A stretch of 64,000 nucleotides of DNA, taken from the NCBI RefSeq assembly GCF_004010195.1, contig NC_057743.1:22945872-23009871 (forward strand), read 5' to 3'. The translations under genes were made by a program, and so were the position numbers. The notes below the pieces were generated by a model. The model was not told the DNA's origin, ran no database searches, and was given only the letters and a program-made list of their open reading frames with translations. Source of the stretch: Chiloscyllium plagiosum. Lineage: Eukaryota. Positions 37,075-48,958 of this stretch are shown one piece after another; position 1 is the first letter of the stretch; each line of letters starts with the position of its first letter.

Positions 37075-38910
37075 TGGAGAAAAACTACAGTAAGCTGCAA
37101 CGCAAAGGGACTTGGGGATATTGTACACGAAACACAAGAGCTAGCACACTGGTACAAGCAGATAATCGGGAAGGCTACTGAAATGTTGGCCTTTATTTCA
37201 ATGGGGTTAACGTACTAGAGGGAGGGAAATCTAAGTGTAACTGTACAAGATACTAATGAGACTGTTTTTGGAGTACTATGAACAGTTTTGGTCCCCTTGT
37301 TTAAGGAAAGGTATAATTTAATGGGAGGAAATTCAGCAAAGGTTCATGAGGATGATCCCCAGCATGAAGGGAATGTCTTATGAGGAAAGTCTGAAGATGT
37401 TTAATTCAGATAAATGTGAGGTGCTGCATTTTGGGAAAGCAAATCTTAGCAGGATTTATACACTTAATGGTAAGGTCCTAGGGAGTTTTGCTAAACAAAG
37501 AGACCTTGGAGTGCAGGTTCATAGCTCCTTGAAAGTGGACTTGCAGATAGATAGGATGGTGAAGAAAGCGTTTGGTATGCTTTCCTTTATCGGTCAGAGT
37601 ATTGAGTACAGGACATTGGTTAGGCCACTGTTGGAATATTGCATGCAATTCTGGTCTCCTTCCTATCAGAAAGATGTTGTGAAACTTGAAAGGGTTCAGA
37701 AAAGATTAACAAGGATGTTGCCAGGGTTAGAGGATTTGAGCTATAGGGAGAGTCTGAACAGGCTGGGGCTATTTTCCCTGGAGCGTCAGAGGTTGAGGGG
37801 TGACCTTATAGAGGTTTACAAAATCATGAGAAGCATGGATAGGATAAATAGACAAAGTCTTTTCCCTGGGGTGGGGGAGTCCAGATCTAAAGGCCATAGG
37901 TTTAGGGTGAGAGGGGAAAGATACAAAAGAGACCTAAGGGGAAACTTTTTCACGCAGAGGGTGGTACGTATATGGAATGAGCTGCTAGAGGAAGTGGTGG
38001 AGGCTAGTACAATTGCAACATTGAGATTGCATTTGGATTGGTATATGATTTAGATTTAGATTAGATTAGATTTAGATTACTTACAGTGTGGAAACAGGCC
38101 CTTCGGTCTAACAAGTCCACACCAACCTGCCGAAGCGCAACCCACCCAGACCCATTCCCCTACACCTAACACTACGGGCAATTTAGCCAGGTCAATTCAC
38201 CTGACCTGCACATTTTTGGATTGTGGGAGGAAACCGGAGCACCCGGATGAAACCCACGCAGACACGGGGAGAATGTGCAAACTCCACACAGAGAGTCACC
38301 TGAGGTGGGAATTGAACCCGGGTCTCTGGTGCTGTGAGGCAGCAGTGCTAACCACTGTGCCACCCAAAATAGGAAGGGTTTAGAAGGATATGGGCCAAGT
38401 GCTGGTAGGTGGGACTAGATTGGGTTGGGATATCTGGTCGGCATGTTCGGGTTGGACCGAAGGGTCTGTTTCCGTGCTGTATATCTCTATGACTCTATGT
38501 TGGGAATCTACTCACTGGAGTACAGATGATCTCAAAACATACAGGATTCCTAAAGGGCTTGACAGGGTAAATGCTGAGAGGATGTTATCCCTCATGGGGA
38601 AAGTCTAGGACCAGAGAGCAGAGACTCAGTATAAAGTGATGCCGATTTAAGACTGAGATGAAGAGGAATTTCTTGTTTCAGAGGGTTAGGAGTCTTTGCA
38701 ACTTTTTGTCACAGACAGCTGTGGGGCAGAATCCTTGTGTATATTTAAGGCTGAGATAGATAGATTCCTGAAAGTTGGAGAATTAAGGGTTATGGGGAAA
38801 ATGCAGGAAACTGGACATGAGGAATGATCAGCTATGATCCTATTGAATGGTGGAGCAGCTTCGAGGGCTGAACAGCTTACTCCTGTTCCTCTTTCTTTTG
38901 GTCTTGTAGT
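37075..38910 (+). mobile_element. Three-level nest: older CR1 3' part containing a younger CR1 (about 37397-38497), which contains a SINE
   Basis: The outer element resumes at 38498 (ttgggaatctactcactggag) after the inner CR1 tail ctatgactctat. Confidence 0.85.
38050..38366 (-). mobile_element. HE1-type V-SINE
   Basis: Reverse-complement head at ~38310-38365; (gatta)n at the left end. Confidence 0.9.
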
Positions 38911-39509
38911 CTTTCACAACCTCCTGAAGGGGAGATAAGGCCTTGGTTTAACTTCTTATTTAATCATTGGCACCTCAAACAGTGCCATGCTGTACTGAGG
39001 TGTTAGTTTTGATTTTTGTGCATATTTTGAATCCATATTGTTTTGACCCAGGAGCAAGCTTCTTTGCTAAGGTGACAGAGAAAGTGAAAAAAGAGATAAA
39101 GCAATAAGCTTTGACTAACAGTGACTTGTCTCAGTTATAGCATATTTACCTCTGATTCAAGATGAATTGCAAAGGTTTGAGTATGTAATCCAAGATGCAG
39201 ATGTGCTGCACTGGCAGAGGTCCCATTTCTTTTTCAAATGGAATGTTAAATTGAGTTAACCTGCTATCTAGGTTCAATGTAAAAGATCCTTCAGTACTAT
39301 TGAAAAAATAGAAATCTCCTGGTCAATATCAATCCCTCAACAAAACCTAAGAGATTCTGGTGAGTTTCTGACAAAGGGTCAATGGACATGAAACATTAAA
39401 ATTATATTCCTCTCCACAGATGCTGCCAGATGTGCTGAGTTTCTCCAGCACTTTGTGCTTCTTGGTTATTGTTGCACTGTAGAACCTTCTGAAGCATATA
39501 TCTGCCTCT

Positions 39510-39986
39510 GCTACAGGAAGGATGTTATGAAACTTGAGAGGGTCCAGAAAAGATTTACAAGGATGTTGCTAGGTTGGAGGGTTTGGGCCATAGGGAGAAG
39601 CTGAATAGGCTGGGGCTACTTTCTCTGGAGTGTCAGACACTGACAGGTGACCTTATAGAAGGTTATAAAATCATGATGGACACAAATAGGCAAGGTCTTT
39701 ACCATGGTAGAAGAGTCCCAAAACTGGAGGGCATACGTTTAAGGTGGAGGGGAAAGATTTAAAACAGTCTTGAGGGGCAACTTTTTCACGCATGTATGGA
39801 AGTGGTGGAGGTTGGTATAATTACAAAATATAGAAGGTATCTGGATAGGTATATGAATGGGAAGGGTTCAGAGGGATATGTGCCAAATGCTAGAAATTGG
39901 ACTAGATTAATTTAGGATGTCTGTTCAGCATGGTCAAGTTGGACTGAAGAGTCTGTTTCCATGCTGTACAGCACCATGACTCTATA
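39510..39986 (+). mobile_element. CR1 LINE 3' end, degenerate
   Basis: KLERVQKRFTRML...GDLIE and the 3' UTR. Confidence 0.85.
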
Positions 39987-41022
39987 ATGTTCCATATATT
40001 ACATCAGTGAAGCCATTTCAAAGTACTTCATTGACTGAAAAGAACATTAAGTCCTGAGGTTGTGAAAAAGTGACATAAATATGCATTGCTTCTTTCTAAA
40101 TGTGATTTGAGCAATGACTACATTGGAGTTAAACACTACAGTACTCTTGCACAGTTATCATCCAGAAGCTTTAAGGAGTTAATCTGATTGCTTGTTATTG
40201 CTGTGATTACTTAATCTCATGACTATTCAGTGCAAGTTTCAGTCTGAATAACTCCCCACCCCCAACATCAACCTTTCAGACTCAGTGCAGTTAATTTAAC
40301 AGAAAGAGAAATCCAGTGGGAGACTCATTAACATTGGTTGTTGAACACAATAATCTAACCGTTCAGGGAGCAGAGACGGATTAACTGTCATACGAACATA
40401 CATTGTCATTGCTGCAGGCAGTGGAACATTGCACCTCAAAGCTACCAAGTGAAGTGGAGAACAAAAGAAAACTGGATGGTGTCCTGTTGTGCTGTGTGTC
40501 TGATGCACATTCTCTGTCCTGCTGCCATCTCTCCACAGCTGCTGCATAATCACTGGAGGCAGTGACTGAAACAATTATAAAACACATACCACATGCCTAT
40601 CTTGTGATTATCTATACGATCCCTGATGTCAAGTGACTTAGAGATGGTTTGTTTGGGAAGCAGAGACTGGAAAAGCTTAATAGCCTTTCCTTGCTTTGTA
40701 GTTTATGAATCAAAGGGTTGCCAAGAATAGGAATTAGAACTGCAGAATTCACCCAGTTCAATACATCTCATCAGGGAAGCAAAGAACTATGGTGAATGGA
40801 CATATGGCATTCCTCGTACTAAAAGGAACTGAAACCTACATTGAAATAAAAATAACGTATTCAGAAAAAGATTCATTGTATCTGATAGTGCAGATTTTCA
40901 TTGATACCTCTTCGGTGTTGGAATTCAATTCCTTGTCCAGACCAAATACATTGGCACAAAATCGGGGCAACATTCCCAATTCTGCATATCGCAGAATATA
41001 CTATACAGATAAAAGGAAGAGC

Positions 41023-41300
41023 TCCAGAGACCCGGGTTCAATTCCCGCCTCGGGCAACTGTCTGTGTAGAGTTTGCACATTCTTCCCTTTTCTGCGTGGG
41101 TTTCCTCCGGGTGCTCCGGTTTCCTCCCACAGTCCAAACATGTGCAGGTCAGGTGAATTGGCCATGTTAAATTGCTCGTGGTGTTAGGTGAAGGAATAAA
41201 TGTAGGGGAATGAGTCTGGGTGGGTTACTCTTCGGAGGGTCAGTGTGGACTTGTTGGGCCGAAGGGCCTGTTTCTACACTGTAGGGAATCTAATCTAATC
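41023..41300 (+). mobile_element. HE1-type V-SINE, slightly 5'-truncated
   Basis: B box, core and (taatc)n tail. Confidence 0.9.
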
Positions 41301-42309
41301 ATATTGCTCCCTTCAGACTTGGAAGCAAAGCAAGTTATGCACAACTATTTGCCCATATGGAGCAATTTTAATACAGTAATTGCATTTCATGTCTGTGTAA
41401 TGAAACAAATATTGACACCTAGTGACAGGAGATATCAGATTAGATGTCAAAAAATGTTTCTAAAGTGATGGGTTTTAAGGTGCATCTCAATGTAGATAAG
41501 AGAGGTGAAGAGGTTTGCAGAGGAATATTCAAAGCTCAGGGCTTGGAGAGCTGAAGGCAGAGCCGCAATAATAGAGGGAGCAGGGAATATACAAGAGATC
41601 AGAAATGGAGGAACACAAGGATCATAGGGGTCTTCTACAATGATAGGAGGTTATGAAAAATAGGCAGGAAAATATGGAGGAATTTCATACGATTTTAACA
41701 TCAAAAAAGCAATGATTTTAATAACGAAACATTATTGGACCTGGAGCTTACATATTGCATCAAGCACAGAGTGATGGGCAAACCAGAATTGATGTGAGTT
41801 AGGAAGTGAATAACAAAGTTGTCAGTCAGTTGAAGAATATGGAAAGTGGAAATTGAAAGAAGGCGTGAGGGTGCTGAATAGCAAAATTTAGACATCATAA
41901 ACGCAGTGATTTTTTTTCAATAGCTAACAGGCTGAAGCAGGAGCACAGTTTTGAGTTTTGCTAAATTAAGTAGGCTGTTTTCCGAAATAGAGGGGTTGCT
42001 AACAGGCTGATTCAGCCTCAGACAACCAACAGGGCGAAGTTGCTGGTAACGGAATGGGGCTTTTGGAGAGACCAAAGACAATTCTATTCTATAGATACAG
42101 TATTTAACTTTAGGAAATGTCTGCTCATCCATAACTGGATGTATGTGCATTGTCTTTGCACTATCTGCGTGAGAATTGGCTGTGCCTTTCTCTTTGCATT
42201 GAGCATTCTGGGCGGTGTCTGGTCCACATTATCTCTACTAGTTGCGATAATTCGTGTCAAAATCACATAACACATGAATTTAGTGCGATATTTGTGTTTG
42301 TTCCCACAG

Positions 42310-42399
42310 GTTGGTGTTGTGACCTCCGGCAGCACGTCTGCAAAGCGCACAACCGCGGCCTCAACAACAAGTGCTATGATGATTGTATGTGTGCGGAAG
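42310..42399 (+). CDS. DRAXIN: DRAXIN coding exon 5 ([30 protein letters not shown])
   Basis: 90 nt, cag| acceptor and G|gtgggt donor; conserved Cys-rich domain. Confidence 0.97.
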
Positions 42400-42919
42400 G
42401 TGGGTGCACTCTGGCTCAAGTTTAACCATAGTCGTCTGGGTTTGAGCACTGGCTATCAATCCCAAGGGTTTAATCTCCCCTCTCACTCATTGACTCCTCA
42501 CCCGGTTCCCAATAATATGAATCAAGGTCAATTTCAGTCCTGAAATTGAGAGGTCACCGTTTTAAAGGTACCCTGGCTCAAATCTCAGTATTGTTGAAGG
42601 CACGTGTTGGTCCTCGAACAAGATACTCTTCCTTAATAATAACAAAGAATTGCGGATGCTGGAAATCAGAAAAAAAATTGCTGTAAAAGCGCAGCAGGTC
42701 TGGCTGCATCTGTGGAGAAAAAGCAGAGTTCACGTTTCGTTAAAATAAACGTTAAAGCTACTCCTACGGTTAGGTTGTGATTTGGCTCTATTACAAACCG
42801 AAAGTGCGGATTGTTTGTAGCAGAAAGAAGCTCAGTCTTGTAAGAAGTGAAGTTGGCAATTGAGCCGGGTCCTGTCAAGTGAATGGTCAGGACTGAGCCC
42901 ACTGTTCTGTCTTCATCAG

Positions 42920-43032
42920 GTCTTCGCTGTTATGCCAAGTTCCATCGGAATCGGAGAGTGACCCGCAGGCGAGGACGGTGTGTGGAACCGGATTCAGTTG
43001 ACATCGATCACGGATCGTTTATTACGGTCTGA
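42920..43032 (+). CDS. DRAXIN: DRAXIN last coding exon ([37 protein letters not shown])
   Basis: cag| acceptor; TGA at 43030-43032. Total CDS 1065 nt = 354 aa plus stop. Confidence 0.97.
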
Positions 43033-43412
43033 GCAGACTTCATTAAAAGTCCAGCTGTTTCGACCCCCTCAACCGGTCAATTCTCAACTCCAAAGCAACA
43101 GTGAAAATCTTGATGGCGCCAAGATAGACAATGCCATGTTGGCGCCGTCTGGAATAAGGTCCTTGCAATCACTTAGTCAAGTCCGATACAAACATTCTCA
43201 TTTACACCCTACACTCCAAAAACATAATCCATCAAATCCCACCAATACACAGGATCCACTACCCAACTACGCTAATTGAATCCTCTACTGGTTTATATCG
43301 TCCAATCGACTCATTTGTTATTTGAGAATGTCCTGCGTCTCGTAGACACACTAAACTTACATTTGTAATACAAGTACCGTACTTTTATAAATAGATTTGA
43401 ATGTTATTTAAC

Positions 43413-43418
43413 AATAAA
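43413..43418 (+). terminator. Candidate DRAXIN polyadenylation signal
   Basis: AATAAA about 380 nt after the stop, followed by GT/T-rich sequence. Confidence 0.6.
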
Positions 43419-43997
43419 ACCTTGTCTATAAGGGTTTGTTGTTATCCTCCTTATGACTTTTTATTTTCAAGGAATCTCTCTACAGTTCTCCAGACAACCT
43501 CCCATCAGGTATTACCCTTCTCTTTAAAAGTCGTCACTATTCCCATCGTCATTCTCTTGAAACCAGACGTCACAATGTCCCTTTGCTCTAACCTTATTAT
43601 TGATTGTTAATTTAATGTCTTAAGACAAATCTGTAGTATTTCGCCACCTTTTTTGAATATAATTTAAACTCACAATAGAACCAGACTTTTAAAACAATTT
43701 AGGATCCTGCAGTCTAAAGCTGTGAACAACTACTGTATAATAATTGAATTGTGTATAATTAATCAATTTGAAATTTCTCATTTGACTTTTACTGAGCTAC
43801 ATCTCAGAAGGTGCTGGTACCAGCTGGTACTTTGCCCAAGTGACTATTACTCATGTCTGAGTCTAGACAGTGAATATTGGTAAATTATTTGTGGACTATT
43901 TGAATATAAAGGACAACAAATGCTCAGTACTTTCTCACCTAATAACTTGATGTATATCCAGGAGTGTCACTGGATAATGAGAAGAAACTGTAAAACT

Positions 43998-44146
43998 GCA
44001 TCTGGATGGGTAAATGAGTAGGAAGCATTTACAGGAATTTGGGCCAAGTGCTGGTAAATGGGACTAGATTAGGTTAGGATCTCTGGTCGGCATGGACGAG
44101 TTGAACGAAGGGTCTGTTTACGTGCTGTACATTTCTGTGACTCTAT
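43998..44146 (+). mobile_element. CR1 3' tail fragment
   Basis: catctggatggg...gggtctgtt..gtgctgtac..gactctat. Confidence 0.8.
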
Positions 44147-45127
44147 CATTGATGTTCTACAGATCTGTAGAAGCTTTACCATTACATTGAGTGAATAGGT
44201 GACACTTTGGAAGCACTGGGTCTTTCCTGCTTTCAGTGCATTATTGTCATTTTGACAAAATATACTTATAATTAATTACTTTTTTTCCAGCAATATTCTC
44301 CAAATAATTTTAAACCTTTGTCGTAAATTGTGTTGTAAGAAGTAAAGGTGAAAATGGGATTAGAAAGTACTAAAACCACTCAGCTGGTCAGTCATCAAAA
44401 GTGGAAAGAACAGAGATTCATTGTTTTGAGTAAAGGTATTTCAGATGCACAACTGTTTCTGCAATATTTTACTTCTCGTGTAATTTTAAAACTCAGCCTT
44501 TCAAATTGAGTCCTCTGACTCAGTTATAGACAGGCAAAGGTGAAGCTCTTACATTTTTGTATTAAGACAGTCCAATTTAGATATTGCAGTGAAGGTCAGG
44601 GGTTGTGCTTTGAGAATCTCTACTTTGAATAGCCATAAAACAGAGAATATTCAACTTTTTTTTATAGATACATTGTTTGTCACATTGTTATTGATATTAG
44701 TCATTGTGACAACCATCTGACTTGAGCATATATTGCTGTTTTCATCATTGTTGGATCAAAATCTTGGAATGTTGCACCTCACAACTTTACGTGAGTATAC
44801 TCACGACACAGATGGTAATGATTCAGGAGGGCAAATTACCATCACCATCTAAAGGACATTTAGTGATGGGCTATAGATGCTGGTCTTGCCAGCAATGCCA
44901 TATCTCAAAAAGAAATGTAGAGTCTTTGCAGATTGTTTGTCATATTGTTATAGTTGCATTGTCTGTTATGGTTACATTTCATGTTGTGCTGCATGTGAAT
45001 TTATAGCAATGGAATGCATGACGAAAGGATGATAATGTATCAGATTTTGCACTTTTTAAAATTTAATTTCAATATTAGTCTACAAGAAACAAACAAAATC
45101 TGACAACCAATTAAAATCTGTGAAATG

Positions 45128-45262
45128 GAACATCTTGACTGAGTTCATCTCACATCTTGACTGAGTTCATCTCACATCTTGGTGTACACCTGATTATTTC
45201 AGTCACATTGTAATTGCAGAGAAAATGAAATTCAGGCAGAGAAAATGAAATTCAGGCAGAAA
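45128..45262. repeat. Two short perfect tandem duplications (22 bp and 20 bp)
   Basis: (acatcttgactgagttcatctc)x2 and (gcagagaaaatgaaattcag)x2. Confidence 0.85.
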
Positions 45263-46322
45263 AATTGCTTCTGTCAAATATTCATTTGTTTGTATCTAAC
45301 AGTTTGATTGAGATGCATTCTTTGTTACTGGATCAAGATTGTAGAATTCCTGGCACTTTGGGGAACTTTCACAACATGGATTGTAATGGTTTAAGAGTAA
45401 GGTCTACTGCCATCTCCCCAGTGGAAATAGATACTACTAGGTGGTCCTGGTAGTCACCCCTATATTTCAAGGTTACTATACGTACTTTAAAAGTGCAAAG
45501 CTGGTTTTATAGTGTATGTGCTCCAAATTGTAATTATTTGGGAATTTAACTCAACCTTGGTTTGGTTGCAAGTACTCACCTCACTCTCATTAGGTTGTGT
45601 GCTTATATTTCACTCAATGGATTTCAGCACATAATCAAAGCTGTCAATTTATTGACGTGTTTAGGGAAACTAGACTGTTAGAGGTGATTTTCTTTTGGAT
45701 CAGACATTAATCCAAGGCCAGATGGATAGAAAAGATCCCATGGTGTTATTTTGAAAAAGTGTAGGAGAGATGTCCTAGGTGTCTGGGTTAATAGTTAACC
45801 TTCAATTAATATCGCTTTTAAAACATATCATCATGTCATTGTTGCATTGCTTTTGACTGCTCCAGTTCCTAAGCTACAACAGCGATAATAAGTCAAAATT
45901 TTCAATTAACTATAAAGTGTTTTTGGATGTTCTGGGTTCAGGAAAGACTAAATTTAAAGACCCTAAAAATAAAGAAGCAGGATTTGTACATTCAGCCTTT
46001 TGAGTCTGACTGAATGTTTGTTATTTATTGATCTTTGACCTCAATTACACCTTTCTGTAGTGTTCCCAGATTCCTTGTTTTCCTTGATATCCAAAAATGT
46101 GTCTGAAATATATTGCTATGTTAATTAATTCATTTACAACACTTTGATTGAAGAAGTTTCACTCCAACTCAATCTTGAATGACCGACCCCTTATTCTGAG
46201 AGTCAGCCCTAGTTGTTGAAAACCTCCAGCCAATAGGGAGCCGATCAACCCAATAAGAATTGTAATCTTTCAATGGGACTTTCTAAGGAATATAGACCTG
46301 AACTCCTCACTCCTGTCAACTT

Positions 46323-46630
46323 GGGCGGCACAGTGGTACAGTGTTAGCACTGCTGCCTCACAGCGCCAGAGACCCGGGTTCAATTCCTGACTCAGGTGAC
46401 TGACTGTGTGGAGTTTGCACATTCTCTCCGTGTCTGCGTGGGTTTTCTCCGGGTGCTCCGGTTTCCTCCCACAGTCCAAAGATGTGCAGGTCAGGTGAAT
46501 TGGCCATGCTAAATTGCCCGTAGTGTTAGGTAAAGGGGTAAATGTAGGGGGTTGCGCTTCGGCGGGTCGGTTTGGACTTGTTGGGCCGAAGGGCCTGTTT
46601 CCACACTGTAAGTAATCTAATCTAATCTAA
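46323..46630 (+). mobile_element. HE1-type V-SINE
   Basis: Full head, core and tail. Confidence 0.9.
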
Positions 46631-46666
46631 CCTTTGCTGCACTTTCTCAATGGCAATTATATCATT

Positions 46667-47370
46667 CATAGAGTCATAGAGATGTACAGCATGGAAACAG
46701 ACCCTTCGGTCCAACCCGTCCGATGCCGATCAGATATCCCAACCCAATCTAGTCCCACCTGCCAGCACCCGGCCCATATCCCTTCAAACCCTTCCTATTC
46801 ATATACCCATCCAAATGCCTTTTAAATGTTGCAATTGTACCAGCCTCCACTTCTTCTAGCAGCTCATTCCATACTCGTACCACCCTGTGTGTGAAAAGGT
46901 TGCCCCTTAGGTCTCTTTTATATCTTTCCCCTCTCACCCTAAACCTATGCCCTCTAGATCTGGACTCCCGGACCTCAGGGTAAAGACTTTGTCTATTTAC
47001 CCTGTCCATGCCCCTCATAATTTTGTAAACCTCTATAAGGTCACCCCTCAGCCTCCGACGCTCCAGGGAAAAGAGTCCCAGCCTATTCAGCCTCTCCCAA
47101 TAGCTCAATTCCTCCAACCCTGGCAACATCCTTATAAATCTTTTCTGAACTGATGAAAGAAAGTGCATGAATCCAACATAAGGCAGGGATAAAGCTCTCA
47201 ACTTACATTATATGTAAGCATGTTCATGCTAGGACATATCTTTCTCGTAAGCTAACCCAGCTAATAATGACCTCATAATAAAAGTCAGGGTGAAGAATGT
47301 TTTAAACCTCATAACCCTTAACTGAAGCAGTCTGGTACTTGGAAACGTCATGCAAGCTGACACATGCACC
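46667..47370 (-). mobile_element. Chimeric retroposon copy A: ~220-bp unknown head plus CR1 3' end
   Basis: The head 47151-47370 is the reverse complement of 63163-63376, joined to CR1 at the same junction (ctttcatca|gttcagaaaag). Confidence 0.85.
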
Positions 47371-47940
47371 TGAGGGAAAAGACTTTGTCTATTTATCCTA
47401 TGCATGCCCCTCATGATTTTATAGACCTCTTTAAGATCATCACCCCTCAGCCTCTGACACTCCAGGGAAAACAGCCCCAGCCTGTTCAAACTTTCCCTAT
47501 AGCTCATATCCTCTAACTCTGGCAACATCCTTGTAAATCTTTTCTGAACCCTTTCAAGTTTCACAACATCTTTCCGATAGGAAGACCAGAATTGCACACA
47601 ATATTCCAAAAGTGGCCTAACCAATGTCCTGTACAGCTGCAACATGACCTCCCAACTCCTGTACTCAATACTCTGATCAATAAATGAAAGCAAACCAAAC
47701 ACCTTCTTCACTATCCTATCTAATGCGACTCCAATTTCAAGCAGCTATGAACCTGCACTCCAAGGTCTCTTTGTTCAGCAACACTCCCTAGGACCTTACA
47801 ATTAAGTGTATAAGTCCTGCTAAGATTTGCTTTCCAAAATGCAGCACCTTGCATTTATCTGAATTCAACTCCATCTGCCACTTCTCAGCCCATTGGCCCA
47901 TCTGGTCAAGATCCTGATGTAATCTGAAGTAACCTTCTTC

Positions 47941-48130
47941 ACTGGAAATGTGTTGCTGGAAAGGCGCAGCAGGTCAGGCAGCATCCAGGGAACAGGAGAA
48001 TCGACGTTTCGGGCATAAGCCCTTATGCCCGAAACGTCGATTCTCCTGTTCCCTGGATGCTGCCTGACCTGCTGCGCCTTTCCAGCAACACATTTCCAGC
48101 TCTGATCTCCAGCATCTGCAGACCTCACTT
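47941..48130. mobile_element. Penelope-terminus palindrome (~78-bp perfect arms) with 11-bp TSD
   Basis: ctggaaatgtg...gggcataag cc cttatgccc...cacatttccag; TSD taaccttcttc at 47930-47940 and 48131-48141. Confidence 0.9.
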
Positions 48131-48385
48131 TAACCTTCTTCGCTGTCCACTACACCTCCAATTTTGGTGTCATCTGCAAACTTATTAACTGTACCTCTTA
48201 TGCTCGCATCCAAATCATTTATGTAAATGACAAAAAGTAGAGGACCCAACATCAATCCTTGTGGCACCCCACTGGTCAGTCTGAAAAACAGCCCTCCACC
48301 ACCACACTCTGTCTTCTACCTTTGAGCCAGTTCTGTATCCAAATAGCGAGTTCTCCCTGTATTCCGTGAGATCTAACCTTGCTAA

Positions 48386-48958
48386 TGTCGGACTTTGCTC
48401 AATCCACCAACTTACTTTCTTCCATGTGTGAGCCAAATCCTGCGTGTTCTTTAAATGAAGCAATAGGAGAAGATATTGGGTCTCACACTCCTAGTTTATT
48501 TTAAACAGTAAGTGGATAAAGCATACAGAGCTCTGGGTCTAAACCTTTCTGTCCCTGACAAACTATACAGTGTGTCAGTTCGGAAAAATATACACCCTTC
48601 TGTGCTGATCCAGTCTTTTTATATAATAAAAAACGTCATGCAATCACTGATATGGGATTATCTTCTGATTGGCTGTTGATCTGACTCCATTCTCCACCTC
48701 CTTACGTTCCCGGATGTCCGACCCCACGTGACCTTATTTTGCCTGCGAAACGGAGAACCATGTGACCCCCTGCACGCCTCCAGCGCATGAATTGGAGCAT
48801 CACATGACCCCGCTGCACACCTCCAGCGCGTGAATTAGAGCATCACGTGACCTTGTTCTGCGCGCGCGCATAACGGAGCACCCCCTAAGGCTTCCGAATA
48901 CCGAGTATATTTACACTCGCAGCCAGCAATATATTTATAAGTAAGTCATATATTTACA
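48386..48958 (-). mobile_element. Solo LTR (573 bp, TG...CA, 4-bp TSD CTAA)
   Basis: Splits the CR1 at ttgctaa|ccagtctccc. On the - strand, in order: U3 repeats, CCAAT (~48668-48672), TATAAAA (~48617-48623), AATAAA (48495-48500). Confidence 0.85.

Noticed and set aside
37346-38053. Longest ORF in the window (235 aa) as a host gene
   Set aside because: Chance fusion of two nested CR1 ORF2 fragments.
45128-45262. CRISPR-like or functional repeat array
   Set aside because: Only two-copy adjacent duplications with no spacers, in a eukaryotic context.
47150-47365. C/D-box-like ends (TGATGA ... CTGA) and separated hammerhead-like half-cores on the + strand of the chimeric head
   Set aside because: They are antisense to the CR1 tail, there is no terminal stem or correct D'/C' order, and the spacing is non-canonical. 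Such short motifs occur by chance.
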